This document shows, one piece after another, positions 11,341 to 22,999 of a stretch of DNA of 53,304 bases (position 1 is the first letter of the stretch; the number at the start of each line of letters is the position of its first letter). The stretch is from Octopus bimaculoides (lineage: Eukaryota). The position numbers and the translations under genes were made by a program. The stretch spans positions 88,312,140 to 88,365,443 of the forward strand of contig NC_068982.1 in NCBI RefSeq assembly GCF_001194135.2, given 5' to 3'. The notes beneath the pieces are model-generated. The model had not been told where the DNA came from. It searched no databases and saw only the letters and a list, made by a program, of their open reading frames with translations.

Positions 11341-13440
11341 TTGTTTTTCTTCTTTCTTCAAATTTTCTTCTATTTCTCGCCGAGTGTTTTCCGTACACCT
11401 AGGGCAGAGAAGCTCATTGTATGCATTCCTAGTTTACACATGCAAATACAAAGGTAAAATATGTATTTAAAAAAAATTAATAAAGAAATAAATTCATGAA
11501 TGGATGTAGTTTTCACAGCGATAATGCTCTTCTCAGTACATGCGACTTTCCGGTTAACACAATGTTTTGCACTTCCTGTAGGGATGGTAAGCCTGGTATC
11601 ATTTTCAAATACGTTTCAGTACCTTTTTTATCATTCCTAGAGATCCTACAATCACTGGTACGGTAGTAGCCTTGAGATGCCACATTTTTTCACTTCCTAT
11701 TAGCAAGTCTTTATATTGACTGATCTTGTCAAATTCTTTCGCCGCCATATTATGATCGCAAGAAATACTCATGTCAATTAATAAACACACCATTTTTGTC
11801 TGATAGTTTATAATAATATCCAACTTATTAACTTTAATAGTTTTTTCGGTATGCACGGGGAAGTCCCAGAGAATCGACACATTTTCTGCCTCAGTCACAG
11901 CTTCCGGATGCTGTTTATACCATTTGTCAGCGGTTTTGATTTTATAATGCCGACATATTGTCAAGTGCAAATACTGGCCGACTGTGTCATGTCATTCTTT
12001 ATATTCTACAGGTGCTAAGACTCTACACTCTGAGATTAGGTGGTCTATAATTTCAATCCCATGATTACAGAATCGGCATTTTGGGTCAGCTCCATTTTTT
12101 ATCACATTGGCTTGGTAATTCCGGGTTAATAAGCTTTGGTCTTGAGCTGCTAATATGAAACCTTCACTCTCTGCTTTTAGTCCTGAGCTTCGTAACCATT
12201 AATGCGTCTGTTTCTTGTCGACGTCAGCTTGTTTGCCACGGGACACATACTTGCCATGCAGAGGTTTCTGTCCCATCTGCTAACTAATTTTTCATGTACT
12301 TTTGTCCTTGCAATTAATTTTATTTTCTTTGCAGCAGCAGTTGGTGCATTTCCTTCAACCTGATCAATGTGGTGGGTATCCAAGAGATCAGTAGCGAATT
12401 TTTGGCTCTTTCAGAATAGTTTTTTCGGTCTTTCATGTTTTTCAACAAGTTTTAGCATCCAATCGTTGGTTGTTTCAAGGTATTTGGCCAGACCGATTGT
12501 GGTGGTTTTGTATGTAAGTTCAAGCTGGATGAAGCCTCGACCCCCCTCAGCTCTGGGAAGGTAAAGACGATCCACGTCTGCCTTTGGATGGTGCATCTTA
12601 TTACAAGTCAGTAGCTTGCGGATTTTTCTATCAATTTTCATTATTTCACTGGAATTCCAGTTAAGGACATTGAAGCTATAAAGAACAACTGGAGCTGCGA
12701 AGGAATTTATGGCTAACACCTTATTATATGCATTCAGCTCAGACTTCAGAATTGCTCGAACTCTTCTATAACATTCCTTCCTAACCTTCTCTTTCATGCT
12801 TGCATGCTGAATACCAGAGCCTTCATTTATTCCTAGGTATTTATAGGTTTGTTCCTGCTCAAGTTCTTTTATTACTGTTTCGACACCTAATTATATTGAA
12901 TTTGACTTTACCAGTTTCCCTTTCTTAAAAGTAGCTTGGCACACTTTTGAAGGCCAAACTCCATCCCAATATCATCACTGAATCCTTTCACAGTGTGTAG
13001 TAGTCCTTCAAGCTCATCCACATAAAATAGATGGCTTATTTTCCTGTTGTCAATTTTGTAGCCATACCCAGTTCTATTCAGTTCACTTGAGAGTGGTATT
13101 AGTGATATGCAGAAAATTAGTGGTGAAAATGATTCACCTTGGAAAATTCCACAGTTTATGCTAATATTGTTTGAGCGCAATACTTCATTAGAATGATATA
13201 ATTGGATCTTCGTGTTCCATAGTGACATATTATACTTTAAAAAATCTGAAATCACAGGAGAAATTTTGAAAATGTCCAGCGATTTCAGAGTCATCGAATG
13301 TGGCATGCTGTCAAAGGCTTTTTTATAATCAATTCATGAAGAGCTCAGATTTCTGCGCTTGTTATGACAGTTCTCAAGGATCATGCGATTAATTCAGACC
13401 TGATCTTTGCATCCGTATGAGCCTCGCCTGCATACTTTTT
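11340..13440 (-). mobile_element. R4/Dong-clade LINE subfamily A, RT-thumb-CCHC-RLE, 5'-truncated
   Basis: GIFQGESFSPLIFCISLIPLS..ISHLFYVD; KECYRRVRAILKSELNAYNK..HHPKADVDRLYLPRAEGGRG; SILWDFPVHTEKTIKVNKLDIII..LIDMSI..VPVIVGSLG. Frameshifts are present. Confidence 0.93.
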
Positions 13441-13444
13441 GTTC

Positions 13445-13530
13445 ATTATGATTATTATTATTATTATTGTTATTGTTGTTATTGTTATTGTTATTATTAT
13501 TATCATCATCATCATCATCATCATCATCAG
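13445..13530. repeat. Compound (TTA)/(TTG)/(TCA) microsatellite at the LINE 5' junction
   Basis: Direct reading. Confidence 0.95.
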
Positions 13531-14339
13531 AAATTAATATGATGACCAGGTGTTAACGTACTGGTAAAAGTTTATGGTCCAGTGGTTAGGGGGTTAATAA
13601 TATTTTTATTCCTGAATATCTTTTGATTTCGAGAAAAATGTAGGAATAATTGCTAATTTTAAACTTGAATAAAAGAAGTCATGACAATGAAAAAGAAGTG
13701 CTTGTATGTGTACGAATGTGTGTTGTTTTGTGTGTATATTTGTGTTACTTTGTGTGTGTGTGTGTGTTTTCAAGTGTGCATGTAAATGCACACTTGAAAA
13801 CACACATGTGTATATGCATGTATTGCTTTAATTGTACAGAAAATAACTAAATATGAGCGTAAATATATAGAAAATAAAAACAATAAAACATGAATTGTGT
13901 GCGATGAGTAGGCGCGGAGGAAGACAAGGAAATTATGGCGCTGTGATTGAAGGAAGATTTACAGACAAAACTTATAAATGTGACAATGTATGGAAAAGAA
14001 TAAGGAGACAAACAGACCAAAATAAACTGCCAGCAAATGAAAAGATAATATGACAAAGAAATTGTTGGAAATAGTTATGAATAAGTAAAACAAACTGATA
14101 AAATATTTAGTGAAGCTCAGTCACTAAACGTTTCAAAAACAACGTTTAAATTAGAATAAGGAATTTTTCATAAATATTTATTTTCGACTTAGATGTGACG
14201 TACGTAAGAGCCAGGGTTTTCACTTGTACAATCTTATGACCTGAAATACATTATGACGAGGCTCCAGCGCCAGCTGTTTCAAGGAATGTATTTGTTATAC
14301 GGCAGACTCTTACCTCTCTCAGAGAAAACGCCACCGAAA

Positions 14340-15060
14340 AGTATTGTGGTTTACACTGCCCTTCACTTTAAATGTTAAAATCCTAGTACGTAAGATGTTC
14401 CTTAGTTTAGTAGACAAATACTTTCCTCTTGCACGTGGATTCAGTAAAATATTTAATAGGCACACGAAAAAATCTTAGTAGGTAGGCTCAAAATTGAGAA
14501 AGGAGCAGGATGTCCATGTAACTCAACAAGTTCACTGAACGGTCACTGTAATATGGAAAACGTCATATACAAGGCTGAGGTAACAACAATAGGACCAAAT
14601 GAGAAACCAAACGTGCAAAAGTACGTTGAAGCAACTGAATGCCCCTTCAGAACCCGTTATATCAGCCACAATTCCTCCTTCAAATCTCAGAGAGATGCAA
14701 CGCCACAATCCTGGCAAAGCACGCATGATCATTAAATGAAAGCACCAACGAGTGCAGCATTAAGTGGAGGATTCTAGAGATATGTATAGTGTACTTCAGT
14801 AGTAGCAGGACGTGCACATTATACCTGGCTGAGAAAAGAGCGATTTTAAAGAGCTCTCAGCACCCGACATCTACCTGAATAGGAGAAGTGAAATTTTTAA
14901 TCTTTGCTCACAACAACCACAAACCAGATGTGTCTGTTCACGTTCAATATTAGAGAACAGTCGTCATATATCATTCCATAACAGCTACTTCTGAAGAGTA
15001 CAGGGGTACACAACCGGACAGTTACCTAGCATTCCGTTGAGCCTTTAGTGCGAAATCGGT
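14340..15060 (+). mobile_element. Penelope-like element fragment: RT thumb, GIY-YIG endonuclease and terminal region
   Basis: WFTLPFTLNVKILVRKMFLSLVDKYFP..FSKIFNRHT (thumb), then C-rich linker CPCNSTSSLNGHCNMENVIYKAEVT..KYVEATE.PFRTRY.SHNSSF (GIY-YIG). Confidence 0.85.
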
Positions 15061-16340
15061 TGGCAAGATCGACCGTAATGGAGTACACTTCGATTAATAG
15101 ATGCTTATATATATCACTGGCATGCACTTATATTTCATACCTCAAACCTAAATAAATTTCCAGCAGTACACGAGAATTTTTTTGACAGTGACTCTATACT
15201 TCACCACGGTTATTTGCAAATAGAAAAAATAAATTTATATCGTAGACGAAATATATTTATTATTGACCAAAATAATATCAAAAATATTTTAAATGTAGAT
15301 TTCATGTCCATACTATTTACTTTTAGGATTTAGAGAGGAGTTATGTACGCGTATAACAATGAATGTTTTCCCGTTTCGTCTCAATATAGAGATATTCCAG
15401 AAATTGAATTTGCAGGATTTTGTTTAAAAAAAGAGAATATAAAAGATGAAAAGAATAAGAGACTATAAAATTTGGTCTACCATTTATCCAAATCAAATTT
15501 GAGATATTGATTTACGCGTGAATAAATTCTTGTCACATTTTCATATGAATGTTGCGGAGACAAAGCATTTTAAAAGACTAGAATAAGGAGTAAGGAATCT
15601 CGCAGCAGTGAATACGAAAAATATGTGAAGACATAGATAGAACAAGGTTAAATTAATTTACCTTCGCACAGATGTGCGCGCACCTCCCACACACAAATGT
15701 ACGTATGTACATATATACACACAAATATGTAAGGAAATACATAATGTAATACATTTTATCATATATAGAAATATATTCCTATACGTACATATACATTTAT
15801 ATACACTTGTATAGTCATGTATACATGTGTGTGTGAGTGTGTGTGTGTGTGTCTGTGTGAGTAGTGTGTGTTTGTGTGTAAGCGTGTACAAGTATAGGTT
15901 TTAAAATATGTTTTCGTAAAACTGCGAATGTCATAACACTACAAACATCGAGGAGCAGACTCATTACAAGTGCAGAATCTAATATTTATCATACATCTTG
16001 TCTGAATTTTTGTCAATAGTTATTATTCGGACTATGTATTGCATTCTTTCAATTGTTTCCGCCAGTGGCCAACAGCCATGACGGACCTCACAATCAATGC
16101 TCTTTCTTTATTTTTTCCGCTTTCTTCAGTCGATCAAATCGCCGCAGTATATATTTTATTTCAATTGTTTTGCTTTTCTTTGACGACAGAGTCGGGGGAA
16201 AAAGCCAAACCTGACAAATACAATTTGTAAACGGACCGATAAATTTATGCAAGACGATAGAATTTTGTATATTTATAGGGAACCAACATCTTTCTTACAG
16301 GAAGAACTGAATAAATAAATAAAAAACTGAAGGTAACATA

Positions 16341-16395
<55 letters not shown>

Positions 16396-17040
16396 NNNNN
16401 NNNNNNNNNNNNNNNNNNNNNNNNNNNNNNNNNNNNNNNNNNNNNNNNNNNNNNNNNNNNNNNNNNNNNNNNNNNNNNNNNNNNNNNNNNNNNNNNNNNN
16501 NNNNNNNNNNNNNNNNNNNNNNNNNNNNNNNNNNNNNNNNNNNNNNNNNNNNNNNNNNNNNNNNNNNNNNNNNNNNNNNNNNNNNNNNNNNNNNNNNNNN
16601 NNNNNNNNNNNNNNNNNNNNNNNNNNNNNNNNNNNNNNNNNNNNNNNNNNNNNNNNNNNNNNNNNNNNNNNNNNNNNNNNNNNNNNNNNNNNNNNNNNNN
16701 NNNNNNNNNNNNNNNNNNNNNNNNNNNNNNNNNNNNNNNNNNNNNNNNNNNNNNNNNNNNNNNNNNNNNNNNNNNNNNNNNNNNNNNNNNNNNNNNNNNN
16801 NNNNNNNNNNNNNNNNNNNNNNNNNNNNNNNATATATGTATACATATATGTATATATATATATAAATATTCCTTTTATCAAAAAATTTTTTCTTTACTTA
16901 TTCCTTGAACTGTTTTCCTTGTTTTTCTCTTCTTCCTTTTTTGGTTTCTGTTTCATTTACTGAACTATTTCTTTTTTCTGAACTGTCATCATTTTGAGAC
17001 TCTTTTTGAGAACAATTATTTCCTATTTGAATATTTAGTT

Positions 17041-18330
17041 ATGGCAGGAAAAAAAAGTTAGAAGAGAAGACTACTGCTTTTTTAGTGGGATATTGTCCCT
17101 CCCAAGCAGTGGCTTGAAGATCTTGAGAAGAGGACGGTGGTATTACGGACCTATTCTAGGTCGCGTGACGCCATCACCCTCTTCGAGAGGGATATTAGCG
17201 ATAAAGAGCTGGCAAAATGTTTGCCAGCTACAAATTATTTTGTGTTTAGGGGTGTAAAAATATGCAACGGTGTGGTTGTTTTTCACACCACTGAGGAAGC
17301 TTACATTGCTGCAAGTCAGCGCCTAGAAGGAGAAATTAATATTGTTCCTTTCCACATATTGTGGGAGGAAGGTGATAAGAGCCTGGGTATGTAGTCTACC
17401 TTCGGGCACCGAAGCGGGGTGGATTGGAGATACTACCCGGCAGGACATGAGAGACAGTGGATCTAGGCTCTTAAATGTAAAAGTGACGCCGGCGACCAAT
17501 TGGCAAGGGTCAAAATCGATTTTGACCCTGTGGAGCCAATCAGCCGCGGCCGAAATAGTCTTTCCAGACGTTTTTAAAATGGCTGGCTGCAGGTATCCGT
17601 GATACTTGAGGGACGCCCTCCACAAGTGTCACTAGTGCCTGGAGCCAGGCTATATTAAAAAGAATTGCTTCCAGGACCGTGGTAAGTTCCTGGAACACTC
17701 ACTGGAAGCCACCGTCCCTATCTGGTCAAAGGGAGAGGTGAATGTGGTTGAGGAAACCGTCTTCAACCCAAAAAGGATTAAAAAGGAAGAAAGCGGGCGA
17801 CAATGGTTGCCTGCCGAAGGACCCTAAGGTTTCGGGAGAGTCTCCGGACAAAGCGGAAGAGCTCCACTCTTCCGAAGTCTGGAAGAAAAGGTAAAAAAGA
17901 AAGAAGAAGAACGGGTCATTGCAGGTTGACGATGATGTGCCGTCTGCATGTACCACCTGCGGTGGAAGAAACGGACCCTAACACTGAAGATGAAGAATTA
18001 CTTATCTTTTTCTAAAAGGGCGGGGAGGTGGAAAAAGTAGTAGAATAACATAAAGAGACAGTAGATATGACCTGCACACGGGATCCCGAAAGGCCTCCGC
18101 AGATAGCTGTGGAGGTCATAAGGCTTTCCGTGTGGGAAAAACTTAGAATACTTAAAGAGGATTGTTGCATATGGCCGGTTGACCATATATATATGGTCAA
18201 CAGCTGGAGGAGATGTCCTCCTGGGGCTAAAAGCAACAGTAACATCCACCATTAGGGGTCAGCCACACTTAAGTGGCAATATACTACACTTTATCGTGCA
18301 GTTACTGTTAATACTTCATTTAGAGAATTA
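17041..18330 (+). mobile_element. Decayed gag/ORF1-like retroelement with a CCHC zinc knuckle and no adjacent pol
   Basis: Frameshifted reading frame from ATG 17041 to about 18255. VILEGRP-(K)CH*CLEPGYIKKNC at 17627-17668 is CX2CX4(H>Y)X4C, followed by a K/E-rich low-complexity region. Flanked by (TA)n. Confidence 0.65.
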
Positions 18331-18471
18331 ACATTGCTCATATATATATACATATATATATATTAATAAATTTCAGGGTATCAAAAAATTATGTAGAAAT
18401 TTTGGGGCTACCAGTGGTCTAGCGTGAAGAAAAAAAACTAGTCAATAGACTATATATTATTTATATAAATA

Positions 18472-18879
18472 CAGTGTACATTGAAACACATAAAAGACGG
18501 TCATAATAGGACATCTAACCCGCTAGAAGGAATAGTTAAAATCCAAACCACTCTTTGGTGTAATTTCGAAAGGGAATGAAAAATAAAGACATTTACCATC
18601 TATTTCCTGTACTGTGGTTTCAAGATATCTTCAGCGAATAAAATAATTTGCTAGGCGCAGCTATCATCAACAGGAAAGCCAAGATGCTAGCGTTGCCTAG
18701 CAAATTATTGCATTTGCTGAATATAGCTTGAAACCATGGTACAGGAAATAGATAGCAAATGTTTTTATTTTTCATTCTCTTTCGAAATTACTCTTAATAG
18801 TGGTTTGGATTTTAATTACTGCTTCTAGCGGGTTAGATGTCCTATTATGGCCATCTCTTATGTGTTGAAATGTACACTG
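18472..18879. mobile_element. Foldback MITE with ~187-bp TIRs, Tc1/mariner-type ends (TA-CAGTG) and TA target duplication
   Basis: Arm 18470-18656 is the reverse complement of arm 18695-18881, with 5 mismatches in the outer 60 nt and a loop of about 38 nt. Confidence 0.92.
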
Positions 18880-18922
<43 letters not shown>

Positions 18923-19634
18923 NNNNNNNNNNNNNNNNNNNNNNNNNNNNNNNNNNNNNNNNNNNNNNNNNNNNNNNNNNNNNNNNNNNNNNNNNNNNNN
19001 NNNNNNNNNNNNNNNNNNNNNNNNNNNNNNNNNNNNNNNNNNNNNNNNNNNNNNNNNNNNNNNNNNNNNNNNNNNNNNNNNNNNNNNNNNNNNNNNNNNN
19101 NNNNNNNNNNNNNNNNNNNNNNNNNNNNNNNNNNNNNNNNNNNNNNNNNNNNNNNNNNNNNNNNNNNNNNNNNNNNNNNNNNNNNNNNNNNNNNNNNNNN
19201 NNNNNNNNNNNNNNNNNNNNNNNNNNNNNNNNNNNNNNNNNNNNNNNNNNNNNNNNNNNNNNNNNNNNNNNNNNNNNNNNNNNNNNNNNNNNNNNNNNNN
19301 NNNNNNNNNNNNNNNNNNNNNNNNNNNNNNNNNNNNNNNNNNNNNNNNNNNNNNNNNNNNNNNNNNNNNNNNNNNNNNNNNNNNNNNNNNNNNNNNNNNA
19401 ACCAACTACAAGTTCATCAGATTTTGTAATGAGTGTCCGTGCATTTAGCAAATATGTAAAGCCTTAACGTAATTCCTGGGAAAATCCAGTGTCATACAGT
19501 AATGACAAGGCTCTCTTATTGAATTAATGGTATTCTCCTGTCTATGATATTCTATAAGGCGCTGCCTATCTGGAACTGAGCTGAAAATATGGTGATTACG
19601 AAGCCAATTTGTCAAATGTTAGGCCATACTGCGT

Positions 19635-19790
19635 ACGTATACATACATAATACATACATACATACATACATACATACTTACATACATGCATACAGGCATA
19701 CATACATAGATACATACATACGTACTTACATGCATACATACATCATACATACATACAACATACATACATACATACATACATACATACGCT
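19635..19790. repeat. (TACA)n microsatellite
   Basis: Direct reading. Confidence 0.95.
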
Positions 19791-20140
19791 ATCTAATGCA
19801 GAGTTTTCAATATTTGTATATTTAGACAATGATACTTTTCAGGGTTTTCATGGTTGATATTTTTATTCAGTTTAGAATTTAAAAATGAATGAAACATGAC
19901 TTTTTTCTGTAAGCGAGATCAATCACAGAAACAAAGGAGTACATTGTTTACGTCATGAACATTTAGATACTTCCTGAGACATGGAATAAATTGTTTTTAA
20001 GAATGCAAGTCGAAGTATATAAAGATATAAATTAAGCGGGTAAATTTTGGGGTTGAAAACCCCTTGGATGGAATAAGTCAAAGTAGTTTTTAACTCAATA
20101 TTATATGCTTTGAGTTCCTCTGTATAAAGCGATTTATTAT

Positions 20141-20200
20141 ATACTAGCTTAATAGCTGCACTCCACGCGGTATTTTAAGCTGGCTTCTGCGTAGCGGTAA
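20141..20200 (-). mobile_element. Possible Helitron-type 3' terminus
   Basis: The minus strand reads ccgcgtggagtgcagctattaagCTAGT, a degenerate GC hairpin followed by CTAG. Confidence 0.3.
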
Positions 20201-22999
20201 TTGGACCTCCGGCCCCAAAATAAGGGGGCTAATTAACATGACTATAATATGTCTACAATAAGTATATGCCCCGGTGCTGTTTGATCAGAGATTAAGGACA
20301 GACGAGAATTAATTCTGTTATGCAATCGTTGTATTTTTCAGTCCCAAGTTGAATTCCAACTGTTGGCCAATTTTCCCAAAGTTCTTATTTACGCATAACA
20401 TTAACGAAGCAAATGTCATTTTTCTCCTCTTCATCTCTGACGCCATCTGACAAAAGCCAATCATGATGGCGTGAATTGGCAAATACATTTACCTGCTAGA
20501 AATAGCAACCTTAATGCTTTTAAATTAGATTTCAATGCTGGATGTTCAAGAACCAAATAAAAAGCAGATTTTCACTCCTGGAATCATCCTTATTCCCAAG
20601 TGGTATATGTCTATGTAGAGCAAATGGATACTGAAATAGAGGGGTCCCAGTCGGACTGACACAATTTCGCCTTTATTATTATTGATATATTCGTGTGTGT
20701 GTGTCTGCATTGTGCTGAGAAAAATTTGATTTAATTATGTCTATCAGTTTACTAGATATTCACTAAATGTAGAAATGATACGTCCAAGGTTCATGTGTAA
20801 TAAATAATTTTGCAGGATATTGAGATTTTGTCACAATCTTAACTCGCTTACACAAGCTAAAAAGAAAAAAAATCGATCTTCTTGAAGCGATCGACAATTT
20901 CCATGCTATACAAATGAAAAAGAATGGAATTTGGAACTTATCAGAATATTTACAATGGTATATGTGTAGTTTTTTCATTTGTTTCCATAGATTTAATAAA
21001 TTACTAATATTACTACGCTATGGAAATTCAGATAACAAATGCTGTAGCAAATCTCTCCTATTAAGTAGCTGTAGGGCATGCGTTTTCTCTTGCGACAATT
21101 GTTAGGCAAGCATACAAATTAGAAGATATATTCCTATCATACTTATCACTAAGATAATTTTTAACTAAACTTATTTGTGAATAATTTGATATTCAAGTTG
21201 GTAAATTATTCAACGCCAACACAATTGATTATTTTCTACTTTGAGGCTAAACTTTAATGATAATAAGGATTTGAGGCTTCAGGATAAATACAACTCTTAG
21301 TGGTGAAAGTATACCGTAGGTTGAAAACGTAGGGGGAGAATTGAAAATAAATGTCAGACTTGCCAGGATTTGTGTTAAAGTATTTTTTTTAAAACGAATC
21401 TATTGACGGGTTCTGCGTTCGAATAATTGTTGTCGAACATTAACACCATTTTAATAAAATAAAAATGTAATGAAGATCTTATTCGCATAATATTAAAAAA
21501 AATAAAATTCTCGGTGCCGTGTGTCGTTCATATGCTGGTATACATTAGTTTTTAAAAAGGTTACTCTATTAAAAGTTCTCACGTTTTATAACACTTCATT
21601 CAAAGCATTGTACTCTGAAAGTAAATATTTTAAACAACCAAATTATATATTTTATATTCTCATTCAATCTTAAATTAATTTTATGATGCTTACAAAAGTT
21701 TACGAATCCGAAACTGATCTTCGAAAGAAATACATACAAGAAATAAATCCATTAAATTCGTTCTTCTCTATTGATCTTTAACTTGAAAGTCAATTTTAGG
21801 TTTCTATACGTAATTTCTTTTGGTATAAGTAGGTATAAATCATACATGAGCACGAAACCATAATTATATTTTAAAAATATAGAAATCTGACGTAAAAAGG
21901 AGTGTTAAAAAGCATGTCAATCTACGAGCAGGCAAAAATCATTTGACTGAGTTATACATTCAAAGTATCTACAGAAATGCATTGAAAAATTTGTTTTTTA
22001 ATTGTTGTCTTTGTACACATTTAGATCTCTTATAAATTTGTCTACTTTATATGTAGACGGCTTTAGTATCTTAAATGTAGGAAATAAAAACCTTAATACC
22101 AGCACGTTTCGTCACTATGTTAATTTATTGCAACAATAACGATTTAAGTCTTACAAATTCTGGGCCATTTCTCCAATTGAATTTCTTTAACTGCATTGAT
22201 TTCCTATCAATACAATGGAATTATGTCCATAACAATAAAAGTAACAAGTTTTTCATCCGTAACAACAACAATGTCTTGTTTAATCGATAATTGTGTATGT
22301 TGCTATTGATGCATTGAGGGTAAAGGCATTTTATGGAGATCATTCTGTCATTTTAACATTTATACAAATAACAACTGTAGAAAAGAATGTAAACATATTT
22401 TAACAAACCTGCGACATCATAGACGAGTGCCTACTCATACTATGGCGTATGTCAATAGATGTATGTAGACACAATCAGCCAATTTGTGACTGATCTAAAA
22501 TGTAAATAATCGTTCATAGTTGAGGTAATAAGGCGATGGATGAGTGGTGATTCACTCATGTCTCTTAACTGACATTGCACTTGAAATTTTCACACGACAC
22601 TTACGTCTCAGCTGCCCAGTTATGACCATCGCAGTTCACCCAGTTACCGCGAGACCAGTCATGCTATATTACTAAATTAAAATTATTCTATAAGAAAATC
22701 TATTGTTTAACGTTGGAATTCTCTGTGTGATTTAATTACCGGTAAATCGTTTATAAGTTCCAAGATTACGAAATAATATCGACTCTGTCGATAACATTTA
22801 AGACAGGTAGCTATACTATTCGATTTCGTCAATTGCATATCGACCGAGTCAATATACTTTGGTTCGTGTTAAATGCCCACAACACCTAGAGTATAAAGGT
22901 TTACAGCAATAAGAGAATTCAGTATTGTAATTAGTATCAATGAGACTGCTCCCACTAATACAAGTAGTAATATTTAGGGTAGCTGAGCTAAAGGCCTAC

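Noticed and set aside
20330-20630. Death-domain-like or RGS-like peptides on the minus strand
   Set aside because: They need assumed frameshifts, and the motif spacing is wrong.
20816-20957. Exon-like frame Y*DFVTILTRLHKLKRKKIDLLEAIDNF with an in-frame TGA (similar TAG at 3695), suggesting stop-to-Trp recoding by A-to-I editing
   Set aside because: No homology evidence, a weak donor, and chance ORFs or ordinary nonsense decay explain it more simply.
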